Assembly: GCA_003427395.1 (NCBI GenBank)
Contig: BFEA01000019.1
Span: 4,898,671-4,962,670 of the forward strand
DNA length: 64,000 nucleotides
Direction of reading: 5' to 3'
Source of the DNA: Chara braunii
Lineage: Eukaryota > Plantae > Charophyceae
Under the pieces are notes generated by a model. That model worked only from the letters and a program-made list of their open reading frames with translations, did not search any database and was not told where the DNA came from. A program made the position numbers and the translations under genes. Position 1 is the stretch's first letter. Each line of letters starts with the position of its first letter. This document shows, piece by piece, positions 50,549 through 63,316 of this stretch.

Positions 50549-50714
50549 AGCACCAGTACGCCATACATTGGCCCGCGGGTGTCAGCATGAAGCCTGCACC
50601 ACTTCGGAGGCGGCCAATTTTTGTTTTCAATGGCACCCCACGCCACGCGGCCCCTCCGAGTTTTGCGTGTGGCGACAAAAGCTTTCTGCAAGGCTGGGGC
50701 CGTGTACTTGCGGT
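50549..50714. mobile_element. TTAA-flanked MITE
   Basis: TTAA|AGCACCAGTAC...GTACTTGCGGT|TTAG, homologous to 2977-3146. Confidence 0.8.
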
Positions 50715-51254
50715 TTAGACCAGGCCGGTAGGGATTCTTTGTCAAATTAATTAAATAATAATAAAGAGACCCCGGTCGTCGATTCTCTATGCACCAAACA
50801 CTGCTGTTGCGAATCACATGGCCAGTGTTAAAAAGTGGTAACTGGTTGCGAATGACATCCATTGTTCTGCCTCGCCGGCTGACGGCCGTGATTCCTCCTC
50901 CTCTACAAAGGAAAAACTGGCTGCACCTCATGCAGCCTGCCCTGCCCAAGGAGTACCCCCTGACCTGGGTGTGTCGGGAGGCCCAATCAGAGACTGGTTG
51001 GCCCGGCTTGGAGGCATCCTTAGGAGAGGCCTGTCTCGTGAGGGACCGCTGATGGGTGAACAGGCCTTGTGGCGGCCCAAGCTGTTGTGAGCCACAGGCA
51101 CCACTGCAACCCAAAAATACTTGGAACGCCATGTGGCACCAGAGCCAGATAATTTTGTTGGCCCTGCTGATGCTCTGCGTGGCAAAAGCAATTCAACCAT
51201 GTGGTGATTAGACCGCAAAAACGATTTGGCCGCATGGCGCCACGAGGTGCACCG

Positions 51255-51292
51255 CTGTCTCTTATACACATCTAGATGTGTATAAGAGACAG
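51255..51292. other. Nextera mate-pair junction adapter (assembly artefact)
   Basis: Exact 38-bp adapter palindrome. Confidence 0.99.
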
Positions 51293-51792
51293 AGCGATGG
51301 CTGTACGTTTTGGGATCTGGTAGGTGGCAGGCTGCTGAAAGCCTTCGTTGTTGGCTCTCATCGAGGACACCCTACAGACATGTGGCATTTAACTCCCCCT
51401 CGTCAAGGGGAAGCAGAAGCATAAAGTTCAAGGAGGAACGAATCAGCATGCCAACCACAGTATGATCTGATTCTCCCAAGTGCTGACAGCGCCCCTCGTC
51501 CACTATCCACGTGCTCAGCAAACCAAACCGAGGACCAGGCAACAAGTGGATAACCCAGCTCAAAAAAAAAAAAAAAAAAAAAAGATGGACAAGACAAGGA
51601 CTTACATAGATCAACAACTATTTCCTGAAACATGCCAAACAGTGTCGACAAGAGCATTGACAACTGACAACACAAACTACTTCCCCACGTACTGTAGCCG
51701 TTGACAATAACACAATTATAACATAGTTCACCTCCATTTCTTTTCATTCCCCTCTCTTGCTTAGTTGGATGATGTACCAGCTGTTCTTCCTC

Positions 51793-51968
51793 TAAAGACC
51801 TGCCCCCAAAGACTGCCCAAAGGAGCACAACTTGCTGCACAAGTAAAGACCTGCCCCCAAAGACTCTCCAAAGGAGCACAACTTGCTGCACAAGTAAAGA
51901 CCTGCCCGCAAAGACTCTCCAAAGGAGCGCAACTAAGATGTGCCCCCAACGACTCTCCAAAGGAGCTC
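51793..51968. repeat. 51-bp minisatellite, ~3.4 units
   Basis: The unit taaagacctgcccccaaagactctccaaaggagcacaacttgctgcacaag starts at 51793, 51844 and 51895. Confidence 0.92.
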
Positions 51969-53627
51969 AACCCTACATATATCACTGTTACAACTTCATT
52001 AACACTCTCCCTTTCCAAACACACACATGTTGACTTTGACCACACACATGTTGACTTATCTAACAGTCCATGGGACGCAGGATCGTCCATTGCCTCAGCA
52101 CCACCCACTGCTGCGCACTCGCTGNNNNNNNNNNNNNNNNNNNNNNNNNNNNNNNNNNNNNNNNNNNNNNNNNNNNNNNNNNNNNNNNNNNNNNNNNNNN
52201 NNNNNNNNNNNNNNNNNNNNNNNNNNNNNNNNNNNNNNNNNNNNNNNNNNNNNNNNNNNNNNNNNNNNNNNNNNNNNNNNNNNNNNNNNNNNNNNNNNNN
52301 NNNNNNNNNNNNNNNNNNNNNNNNNNNNNNNNNNNNNNNNNNNNNNNNNNNNNNNNNNNNNNNNNNNNNNNNNNNNNNNNNNNNNNNNNNNNNNNNNNNN
52401 NNNNNNNNNNNNNNNNNNNNNNNNNNNNNNNNNNNNNNNNNNNNNNNNNNNNNNNNNNNNNNNNNNNNNNNNNNNNNNNNNNNNNNNNNNNNNNNNNNNG
52501 ATCGTCCATTGCCTCAGCACCACCCACTGCTGCGCACTCGCTGGCAGAGATCTTGCACTGCTCCCAGCTCTTCCTCTTCCTTCCCCTTTCGCCCTTAACC
52601 CCCCACCATCTTCATCTCACACCACAAGAAATTGTATCCATGCCCCGCTCTCTGCCTTCCAATCTCCCCTTGTCCCTCTGCCTGCTGAACCGTGGCTTAT
52701 GATGCCCGAAGTCAATTCCTTTTGAAGCCATAACTGCCCTGCGCTTCCCACCCCTCGGCCATAACTGTGTCCCGATCTCACTGCATTTCGCATCCTGGCG
52801 AGCTGCTACTCGAACATCACTTCCCGTATAGGTGACATGGGTGAGCCCATCTAGCTCAGGCAGTCACCTTAGACCAGCAAAAGTGACACGGTCCCATTGA
52901 TGTTCTGCAACGCTTGACGCTATGAGGAGGAAGCCAGACAGAGGTGTTTCTTCTATTTATATAATTTTATAACCAACAACTACCTCCTTGTACTTGGGGC
53001 CACATTGCATTTGTCCTTGAACAGGGTCCAAATTTGACTTGTCGATCCATGATCCATGATCCATGATCCATGATTAAGTACGATACGCGTAATGCTTTCA
53101 CACCATGGGTTTGAATCCCACGGTACCCTTCACATTGTCTCCAAACAATTGAAATCGGAACGCTGGATCACACATTACACAAGTCATCGATCACTATGCA
53201 TTTGCATCAGAACTCTGGCTACATGCCAAGCCACAGGTCACTATTCAACGGCATATGCTACAGGTCACTTTTCAACAACATATGCCCTGAAGCAGCGCAA
53301 ACTGCAAGGAATCTGGCCTCCGGACATGAACACGTTCAGCAAGCTTTACATGCTTCAAGCCTTCAACAGCTTTATCTCCTGCTAACCTTAATCAGCCGGC
53401 TGACCGTGGTTAAAAAACGGCCACCAGACAAGGTTGGCAGATGTGTTCCTTCATCACGGAAACATGTGATCTCCAGGACATGGAGACAACACACAACCAA
53501 TTCACCACAAGAGCCAAAAGAGGCCACGTGCATGCAGTGCGCATCCATGCCGCTGAATCTCAAGATTTGCAAGCCACATACCAAACCCTCGTATCCAGGG
53601 CTCTCTATGTCCATGCCTGTCTGATGT

Positions 53628-53720
53628 CATCAAGATCTAGAGCCTGTCTGAGCTCATCAAGATCTAGAGCCTGTCTAAACTAGTCAACATCTAGAGCCTG
53701 TCCGAAGCCATCAAGATCCG
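53628..53720. repeat. 27-bp tandem repeat
   Basis: catcaagatctagagcctgtctgagct occurs about 3.5 times. Confidence 0.85.
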
Positions 53721-53839
53721 TGTGCGCATGATCACAAAAATCTCCTCGATCACCTCACCATAGGGTTGCAGCAAGGAGGGAGCAGCAGTTATCAGAAGAA
53801 GAGATCCAGGTGGTAAGAGTATCGTGAACCACAGCAACT

Positions 53840-53923
53840 GGCCTCACTCAGTTGGTACATCCCTGAAACTGTTGAAATACAGACCTGAGTTCAATCTCGA
53901 CTGAACGCAGACGAGTAAAATAC
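53840..53923 (+). mobile_element. tRNA-derived SINE (other copies 54697-54756 minus; rearranged at 15073-15171)
   Basis: A-box-like ctcagttgg and B-box-like gagttcaatc. The tail gcagacgagtaaaatac is shared with 15157-15171. Confidence 0.7.
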
Positions 53924-54157
53924 TATAATCACAGCAAAACTCTTCATTCAACAGTAATGTGGCACAAGGGAGTCTGGAGTAAGACCAGGGTGTTTGACAT
54001 TGCAAATGGCTTGTGTGGTGGTCACTCCGTGAACACGATTATCATGCAAATACATCATCGCACCAACTTACCAAAAAAGGGAAGGCGGAATTCACCCGCT
54101 GTGCAGGCTTGAGATGATGAGCCATACCGTGTGTAGATGGAAACAAGCAGTCAGTGG

Positions 54158-54397
54158 TTAGGCGAGCGTGTTTCCGTCACCACCGACAGCTGGCTTTCGT
54201 AAATTCTGAACGTCAGGCAGCAAACTCTGCCAAACCTTTGCGGTCTCATCCGCTAGCCGTGCCTGTGCCAGAGCAAAATTCCGCATAATGGTCGCCAGGT
54301 CTTGTGTCTTCTGCTGCTGAAATCTCACCATTTCTGCATGCATGGTCTCCACCAGCACTTCATATGCTCTCTTCAGTTCCTCTTCCCTTTTCTTGCA
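54158..54397 (-). CDS. SNX1: Terminal coding exon of a sorting nexin 1-like gene (Vps5/BAR C-terminus)
   Basis: An acceptor CAG at 54400-54398 is followed in frame by CKKREEELKRAYEVLVETMHAEMVRFQQQKTQDLATIMRNFALAQARLADETAKVWQSLLP...stop. This matches the plant SNX1 ending (E.VRFQEQKT...FA..QARLA...A..W.SLLP). Confidence 0.88.
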   Translation of the reverse strand, partial: CKKREEELKRAYEVLVETMHAEMVRFQQQKTQDLATIMRNFALAQARLADETAKVWQSLLPDVQNLRKPAVGGDGNTLA

Positions 54398-54696
54398 CTG
54401 TCATCATCACCGCAATTTACAGAGAACGATAGTCAGATACATCCAAAAATCAGGCAGATAAGCGTTTTTTTTTTTTATTTTAATTTTCCTCTCAAATCTT
54501 TCATCATCATTCAAATTCTTTCAATTCACCTTCACTACCAACCTACCACTACTACTAACAGGCAGAGAAGTTGAACAGCATAGCAACCTTTTTTTTTTTT
54601 AAGAAAAGGGCAATGGCCTCAAGATATCATTACTGAGCTGACTGGGTCCAGGATTTTTTATTTTTTATTTTTTTGGAGGGGGGAGGGAGGAGGGGG

Positions 54697-54756
54697 GGGA
54701 TTCGAACTCAGGTCTGTATTTCAACAGCTGAAAGGTGTACCAACTGAGCTAGGCCC
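54697..54756 (-). mobile_element. tRNA-derived SINE head
   Basis: The reverse complement gggcctagctcagttggtacacctttcagctgttgaaatacagacctgagttcgaatccc has A box TAGCTCAGTTGG and B box GTTCGAATCC but no complete cloverleaf. Confidence 0.75.
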
Positions 54757-55617
54757 GTCGGTTAGCATACTAACATTACACAAAGTCGCGATAATCACAT
54801 TCAGTGCAATATCAGGATGCGCAGTTGCCTGAATCGGACCACAAACAGAATATTATAAATGGGGCTCAGCACTATCGTCTTCACCCGAATCGAAACGGTC
54901 ATTATTGACCAATGTGGGCAGAAAGTTGCACCAAATACCGCTATAATGACTGGCCATTCTGTTCCTGTGGAGACGGTAGCAAGAATACTCGCAATTGAAT
55001 GGTGTATGAGAGAATGGAATGCTGTAGGATGGAATGTGAAATCAACAAGTAGAAAGGCTCTGTGCAGATGAGAAGATTAAGTTGTATCATTTATATCAAA
55101 TTATGTGCAAAACAATTATGGGACCAAGGAACTCGCGTACGAAGAGAGGGCACTCATAAAGCAACAAAAAAAGGAGGCTGTCATAGATGTTCATCCTCTG
55201 CACAATTCTAACTTCCCTAAACCCCTTTGATGCCCATCAGTTAACGGTGGGCCCAAACAAGCAGATAAATTAAGAGGGGTGGGTTCAACAGGATTGGAGA
55301 TTAAGATCTCTTGATCTATAGCCCGAACAACCAAATGACTGAGTGGTACACAGATGAACCACTGCCGTTCACGGACATCAGCCACGGGGAGGGTGGCCGC
55401 TCGTTCCGGAGGCCAAAATGAAACGGCGGTCGCTGATGAGAATTATCAACGGGGGCCACCATTGGGCCCAGCCTCGGAAGAATGCGGTATAGGCTAGATT
55501 CCAAGTTTTCCCAGCATTGTGAAAGGTAGTGACGGTTTAAGCTCAAACCCTGGTGAACACACCCCTTTGTAAAAAGAATTAACTAAATTTAACTTTACAT
55601 TCAGGGATGATACGCAA

Positions 55618-55657
<40 letters not shown>

Positions 55658-55688
55658 NNNNNNNNNNNNNNNNNNNNNNNNNNNNNNN

Positions 55689-55755
<67 letters not shown>

Positions 55756-56299
55756 GGGAGAGAGAGGAGCAGAGTAGATCCGTTACTATCTTTACTTTGG
55801 CTTTCTTTGGGGTACCCCTTCTATCTGTTCTTACAGCTCCCTTTTTCTTTGGGGTACCCTTTCTCTCTGTTCTTGCAGCTCCCTTTTTACCGTGCCTCTC
55901 ACGTACAAGGCTCCTACGAGTTAGACCAGCACCACATTCGGCCCCGACCTGCCATGCCTAACAAGGCCCTGCATGATAATGGTTTCTGGCATTCCGATAG
56001 GGGAAAATCTGGGCGTATTCATCACTACTTTCACATTTTGGAAAAAAGGGGACCTCCTGTCACCCTGCGTGGTTTGATCCCCCCCACTCCCCCCTTCGTA
56101 TCATAAACACCAAACTCAATCCTCAACCCAAACCTGAAGCAGGCATGCAGTACAGTCCACATCAATAAATAGATGGCTGAATTAAAAGATAGCCCCTTCA
56201 TATTCAAAAGGATCACAGAATTTGACCATTTCTAGTCAACCCAGCAGGGGATCGAGCCGATGACCTCAAACATCCACCCCACATTCCGTGGAATTATAC

Positions 56300-58270
56300 C
56301 TCCTCCAGGTACCTCTCGGCTCTGGCTCAACAGCCGGATGCCTCAACCACTACATCTATGACGCGGTGTTCGAAAGTGGAACCATACAAATAGTGATATC
56401 CACCCCGGCCCCGCACGGGTGCAGCATGCACACACATTCCACACACATCACTTGATAGTAGTTGATACCCTCCTACAAGTGAACTGTGGCTAAGAGCTAT
56501 GATCGAAACTGAAGATGACTCCAGGGAATCACCTTGAAGTTAACAGCCAAGCTGAACGGATGGACGTACAAGTGCAGCAGATGCTTTGACCGCTTGTAGA
56601 AAACGACAAGAGTTGGAATGCATGAAAAATTGGGTAAGTGTCAACGTGAGGAGGGACATCAACAACAAGGATGGGTCGTCACGATCATCTCCAACAATAT
56701 CAAGGACAGTCCAGGTCTGTAATATCGAGGCATTGATCTTTGCGATATGACCTCTTCTAGATTGGAACTCAAATGACTTGACCCATGCCAAATCACCCAC
56801 CTGGTAAGAAGTGGAGGCATTCGTCTATGCTGATTTTCTGACTCTACCATAGCCCTTTGAGATTTCTGTAGCTGTTCTACTCTGTTCTGCAACATTTGTC
56901 CATACTCAAGGTCGTATTGGACACTTCCAGGAGCTGATTGCCATTTAGGATCTCGCAACAAAAAATTCGATAGAGTCCTGGGCTTCCCCGCCTACACGCA
57001 CCTTGTTGGCTGAGTGGCCTGTTGCTGAATGCATGCCATGATTATACATCCCAACTATTTAACGCAGTTTGATACCCCTGTGAAATTGACCGGGGGTTAT
57101 GTAATGCCAAAGCGTCTGCTGAACTTGTTTGCCCTTCTGTTCAGCTTGGCTGTTTAAGCACCAGTGCATGCCAGCTACTGGCTGTGGACCCCTTTCGGAG
57201 GCCGCACACCGCCGACTCATTTTATCTACGGCGCTCGGCCTCCTCAATTTCAAAACAGGTTCTCCAGTTGGCTGGGGCAATGTACTGGTGGTTTAACTTC
57301 AAGGTGATTCCCTGAAGTCGTCTTCAGTTTCGATCGCAGCTTTCAGCCACAGTTCACTTGCAAACCGCACATCCCAAAGGTAATCCAAAAAGATTCTATT
57401 TTCAGCCTTTAGGTAATCCAAAATCTTTAATCCAGTGACCGGCAAATTGAGTGATGACTAACTCTATCTTTGCTGTAGCTGGTAGACGTACGAGAGATAC
57501 TTGCAAAAGCGGAAAACCTGTCAAATGCGAATCTTGAAAATCTGTCAGCTATTACAAACAAGAATCTGCTTGTTTCCTTTAGAGGCAAAGACTGGCCAAG
57601 TCCTTCAGGAATAGGGAGGGGCTTCAGTAATCTTTTTTTTTTTTGACAAACCTGGCAAATCTCAATGTAAGCACCTTCATACGAGCCCAACAGAAACACC
57701 ACAACAGATTAGCGCCAAGTCCTTCTTAAACCCGAAGTACCAGTAGCACCGCGACACACTCCTAGGAATAGACTCCTAAGCTACACGTTATCGGGCACAC
57801 ACGGGATTTTTACATTTCTCAGCAACCGGTCAAACATCCTATATTCCTCACACCTTACACCATTCCCAAGGGGTGTCCAGTTGAGTGACATCAGTCAAGG
57901 ACTACGGTACTGAAGTTCTCTACAAACGGTCCCTAATATCAGGCCATTCTCGAGGTTACTACTTTGACAAACCTGGCAACTCTCAACAAAAGCATGTGCA
58001 TCCCTCTTCATACTAGGCCACCAAAAAAGCTGCAAAAGATTGCTGTAAGTCTTTTCAAACCCAAAGTGACCTGTCCAGTCATGAGACTCTACTCGGAATA
58101 GACTCCTGAGAGACAGGCTCATCATTGGTACACGTCGTCTTTCTTTCTACTCCATCCTTACCGAAGAAACCAACCCCTCGACCATCCAAGATTTCTCACA
58201 CACCTTATTCTATTCCCAAGGTGTCAGGTCGAGTGAAATCCATAAAGGGACTAGCCTTAGTACTGTAGTT
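56300..58270 (-). pseudogene. pol: Heavily decayed gypsy integrase remnant with tandem duplication of the HHCC region
   Basis: ESHDWTGHFGFEKTY...CQVCQ, LKPLPIPEGLGQS, FVIADRFSRF and MGDLAWVKS. 57640-57900 and 57960-58260 are related copies. Confidence 0.8.
57157..57292. mobile_element. 136-bp MITE with TTAA TSD
   Basis: TTTA|AGCACCAGTGC...GTACTGGTGGT|TTAA, with an empty-site paralogue carrying a single TTAA at 56540-56543. Confidence 0.88.
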
Positions 58271-59979
58271 CTTTAAGAACGGCCAGATGGGAAGACAGTC
58301 TTATCTGAATAAGTATTTACATCATCAGATGGAAAATTCCTGCAGATGCTGACCAGCAGAACCGTGAGAAGGGTATCTTCTTAGTATTTGTGTCTCCAAG
58401 GGGGCAGGCCGTAGAGACCCCTTGAGAGAGAGCACGAGTCGGTCCTAAATATTCATGCCTGGAGGAGGAACCGAGTGGAGTTGTGGATAGGGAAATAGTC
58501 CAGGCCGGGTCGGCAGACTGCCTATGGGTCACCCCGACAGAGTGCCTATGGGTCACCCCGACTGGTAGCCGAGCCGATGACCTACGGCCAGCGTCGGCCA
58601 TAGGTGGTCTGACAACCCTGCAGTGGATGCGAAAATTGCGGCCATCAACCCAGTCTGTGACACCCAATCATGTTGCGCCGAAGAACATGATTGCCACACC
58701 AATCTCATTCCTCCGTCGCCCCCTCCTCTTTGTCCTCCTTCCCACCTCACCTCCATATTGCAAAGACAGACTAAGCAAGAGGGGTTTCTGACATAGACAA
58801 ACGTTGGGGGGCAAGGAGAGGCATCAAGGAGGATTCTGAGATGGAATAAGGGAGGGAGATCCACAATGTGGAGCAAAATGAGCATGGAGGGTGGACTACA
58901 TAGGTGGGTGAACGCGGAGCTCACAAGGAACCCAAAAAAGAAAGAGACAGGGAAAGCGATTACCCTGCCTCCTCACCACCTACTGAGTGCCAATAAATGC
59001 CAGACCTTTTAGTCTGCAGACAATCCCAAGACCACAAATGCCATGTGATCAGCGAACAAATACCACTGCAGTCAACCAGTAGGGACCACAAACAAAACTA
59101 GAAAATTATTACAAACTGAGTCACATGAACCCCAGAATGAATAGTGAGGTCTCATATAACAGTGACGCTGATCAAACAAAACCCCAAACGGCTCCTGTAA
59201 AATGATGCCCAATGAATGAGTTGGGAGTTTGAGCCTGAGGGATAGAGTGTCGTCCCCTGGTCTGCTATAAAACGACTGAGAGGACCCCAAATCCGGGCTC
59301 ATTTCGATTTTTGCGAGTTGGCCGTCAAGGGGGGGGGAGGGGGTATAAATTGGTTTTAAAGGGGCTAAAGGGGTCTAAAGCGGGGTGCCTTTGTGAGATT
59401 CTGTTATGTTCTTTTTCATCTCCGATTATGTGAGGAATTATAATGTGACCCTCAGCCAAAATTCGTTTGTATTTCAATTCTACACAACATTTTTTTTTTC
59501 CTGGAATTTTTTGTCTTTTTTTGTTTTTTTTTTTGGCCGCTGGGGCTGCCCGGAACCCTACCGGGGGTCATGCCCGGCCGGGCACCCGGGCGCGCACCCG
59601 GGCAGAAGTTGGGTGCCTGGGCGCCCGGGAAAACAGCCTAGGTTAAAAGTTAAAACATCCCTACAGTATTAAAATCGCTACCGTGACAAATCTGAAATCC
59701 GGGCCGTCGTCGGTCCTACCGGCCCACGACCCAGATCGACCGAACCATGTAACAAATCTGCCATCTGGGCCGTCGGGTCCTACCAGACCGAGGGCCTGGA
59801 TAGATGCAGTCTTAAGATCTTAGGACCGCGCAGAGATCCAGGCCGTCGGTCCGAACCGACGGCTCGGATAGACGTGTGCCGCGTGCCATGGGGTACTACC
59901 GGAGTTCACGACGTCGGGCCAACCCAACTTTCCCGTTGGACTGGCCGTTGTCGTGCAGCACCATCGGTCTGTTGTATTC

Positions 59980-60015
59980 CTGTCTCTTATACACATCTAG
60001 ATGTGTATAAGAGAC

Positions 60016-60017
<2 letters not shown>
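59980..60017. other. Nextera mate-pair junction adapter (assembly artefact)
   Basis: Exact 38-bp adapter palindrome. Confidence 0.99.
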
Positions 60018-60058
<41 letters not shown>

Positions 60059-60555
60059 TCCCCCATAGCAGGTGTCGACTTGTTAAGCGATGGCTGTACG
60101 TTTTGGGATCTGGTAGGTGGCAGGCTGCTGAAAGCCTTCGTTGTTGGCTCTCATCGAGGACACCCTACAGACATGTGGCANNNNNNNNNNNNNNNNNNNN
60201 NNNNNNNNNNNNNNNNNNNNNNNNNNNNNNNNNNNNNNNNNNNNNNNNNNNNNNNNNNNNNNNNNNNNNNNNNNNNNNNNNNNNNNNNNNNNNNNNNNNN
60301 NNNNNNNNNNNNNNNNNNNNNNNNNNNNNNNNNNNNNNNNNNNNNNNNNNNNNNNNNNNNNNNNNNNNNNNNNNNNNNNNNNNNNNNNNNNNNNNNNNNN
60401 NNNNNNNNNNNNNNNNNNNNNNNNNNNNNNNNNNNNNNNNNNNNNNNNNNNNNNNNNNNNNNNNNNNNNNNNNNNNNNNNNNNNNNNNNNNNNNNNNNNN
60501 NNNNNNNNNNNNNNNNNNNNNNNNNNNNNNNNNNNNNNNNNNNNNNNNNNNNNNN

Positions 60556-60629
<74 letters not shown>

Positions 60630-60938
60630 CTAAACTAACTAACTAACCCGGCCCCAAAATTGACAACGACGATGACGATCAAGTGAGGTATCTGTTCCGA
60701 TCAATTTGAAAAACGGCGCGCGCACGTGCGCGCCCACCAGAGAGAGAGAGAGAGAGAGACCCCAAACTAACTAACTATTACGCCCCCCAAAACGATGACG
60801 ACGATGACGATCAAGTGTTCCCCCCCCAAAACGACGATGACGATGATGAAGTGTAGTATCTGTTCCGATCACTTTGATATCTGACCCGTGGACCAATGGG
60901 AGATTTTTTATATTAAAAAAAACGGAAGAGCAGTGAGC

Positions 60939-60985
<47 letters not shown>

Positions 60986-61130
60986 CCCAAACTATCTACC
61001 CCGCCCCCCAAACCGATGACGACGATGACGATCAAGTGTAGTGTCTGTTGATATCAGTTTGATATTTGACCCGCGGACCATCGGGAGTTCTATAAGAAAA
61101 TAAATAAATGGAAAAACGGCACACGCACCA

Positions 61131-61186
<56 letters not shown>

Positions 61187-61290
61187 GAGAGAGAGAGACA
61201 CCCCAAGCTAACTAACTGCCCCGGCCCCCAAAACGACGACGACGATGACGATCAAGTGTAGTATCTGTTGCGATCCGTTTGAAAATCGGT
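60556..61290. repeat. Composite satellite: (GA)n/(CA)n alternating with a ~100-180-bp unit, 4 units
   Basis: gacccc-aactaacta...ccaaaacgatgacgacgatgacgatcaagtg...tatctgtt starts at ~60625, 60758, 60984 and 61197. Confidence 0.88.
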
Positions 61291-61309
61291 GCTCGTAGGT
61301 GCGCGCTGT

Positions 61310-61680
61310 CGTGCGCATCGGTCCCGCACGGGGACCCTCCCGGCCGCGTCACGCAGGATTATGCAGGACTTGTTGCGGAGAGCGTTTTGCCGCTCCGGCC
61401 GAGTGCGCCAGCCGTACCTCTCACGAGCCCCTATGACAGGACAAGGTCACGCGAGGCACCCTTAGGTGGGCGTATCCCCGCCGAGCTACTGAACCACATG
61501 CGAAGGCTTTTCGTATGCAATTGCAAAGGTGGTCCAGCCGAGGGCGTTTCTCACTCGCTGTAGCATAGGGGGTACGCGCGGTCAAACGCCCAAAATCGAA
61601 CCCGCACACGAATCGACGCACTGGGGGGCTAAAGTCCCAAGTCCGACTCGGCGTCGGTCGACTAGGACGCATCGCACACA
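61310..61680 (+). repeat. GC-rich ~400-bp repeat, copy 2
   Basis: Near-identical to 63317-63750 apart from two short indels. Confidence 0.92.
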
Positions 61681-61833
61681 CCTACTTAGAGTTGACCAAC
61701 CTCTCAACTCTAGGATAAGCAGGATAATCCTTGCCCTAGAGCCAGTCTTATCTTATCAGTTCCTTACCGGACCTTATTGCTAAACTCTCATTCGCTCTTT
61801 AAATTCCATCTCCTTTAATGGTCCTGATCATGC

Positions 61834-61873
<40 letters not shown>

Positions 61874-63316
61874 TTGTAATGCTATGTATCGTAATGGGGA
61901 AAGAATAATTATGATAAATAACGATGTAATGATCAAGTGAATTTTCCCAACCATGAAGGTTTTCAATTGCAACAATAATAAAAATATTATATTATACTTC
62001 CCGAAGTTTAGACAGAAATGCAGTGTGCCGAGGGGCAGTATAACCCTTTCTCAAAGGGATAACATCTTATTCCTGAGCCCCGCTCAAGGATCAAGCCTCA
62101 CTGCATCTCCCTCCGATTTCAGCATCTGCTCCTTGTAGACCCTTGCCAATAAGGTAGTCAACCTCACCATACATGCTCCGGGATGGCCTATCCCTTCGCA
62201 TGCAGATGAACCTACTTGACACAAAAGTAGTTGGGGATTCACCCCCTACCTCTCTGTGGCATGTAGTAGTTGTTTCCCCCATAGGCCATAGTCTGACAAG
62301 ACTCAAACACTTTCCTCCTATTCAGTAGTAGTATAGTCACCTCATCACAAAGATTAAATGACAACACCCCACTATGGACTAGGAACATAGTTCCGGCGTG
62401 GGTCTCACTACCACCTTCAAAACCATATTATAATTTCTTCAAAGTCATCTTTCAGGAAACAGTAACATAGGGTTGCAGCTTTCTTGGGGTAGATGTCACC
62501 CATTGACCATTTCCTCGTGAAATTTACTTTCCCAAGGAACTGGTCACTCCATTCACCTCCGAATCCACACCGGACGTGGATTCTACGTAACATTTCTAAC
62601 CCCTTTTAAAAGACCAACCCATGCATACAGAAAAAACAAAACTGGATATGAATGAATAATTCAGATAAAACAGCTCCAATGAGTTATACATAACCAGAGT
62701 GAAATAAGACAGCTGGCATATACAGCTAGTCATAGATGAATAAGGCTCAGATAATTAATATCAAGTACTTAGTTTTATATGAGTCGTGCTTTTAACTATC
62801 CTTACTTAAAAGAAATTTTTTGATGCAGATGGATAATTTTCATAGATAGACTCAAAGGTTTAGTCTTAAAATAATAAACTCAAATGCTAAGATAGGCAAA
62901 ATATTTATGACTTTTCCTTACGAGAGTCCTTAGGTAAGTAGAAAATATAGCTTTCTCACCCAAGTCATTTCCTATCGCCAGCATACCGTAATACTGGCAT
63001 GAAAACTTAGGCAGCTCATTGACTACTATGCTAAAGTACCAAAGATCCTTGCTTGGGTAACTGAATACGCAGGGTCGCATCAAATGCGAACGGCGATCAG
63101 TCTATGACATTAGATACGCATAGCATCACCCGTATTACTTTATGGTACCTCAACCCGCAACTGTATAACTGCAGTTGCTACGACTCATCACCCACGTACT
63201 TAACGTTATTAATATTTTTTGTCGTTTTGCCTGGATCATCAACCTGCACTTAACCTGGGTTCGTTCTCTTAAGGACCCCGGTAGGCAGCCGATATCCCCA
63301 GCAATGGCGCCACCTG

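Noticed and set aside
51255-51292. Perfect 38-bp palindrome present three times as a biological Tn5 end or regulatory site
   Set aside because: It is identical to the Nextera mate-pair junction adapter.
52079-52543. Direct repeat flanking the gap
   Set aside because: Identical sequence on both sides of an N-run is a typical unmerged contig overlap.
54697-54756. tRNA-Phe gene
   Set aside because: It has A and B boxes but no complete cloverleaf or acceptor stem, and the diverged dispersed copies indicate a SINE.
55434-55460. Other CTGATGA occurrences (also ~2774, 8102 minus, 39579) as hammerheads
   Set aside because: No stem II followed by GAAA at a suitable distance.
58300-59300. Possible solo LTR or SNX1 exon
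   Set aside because: I could not identify TG..CA/TSD boundaries or an SNX-like translation.
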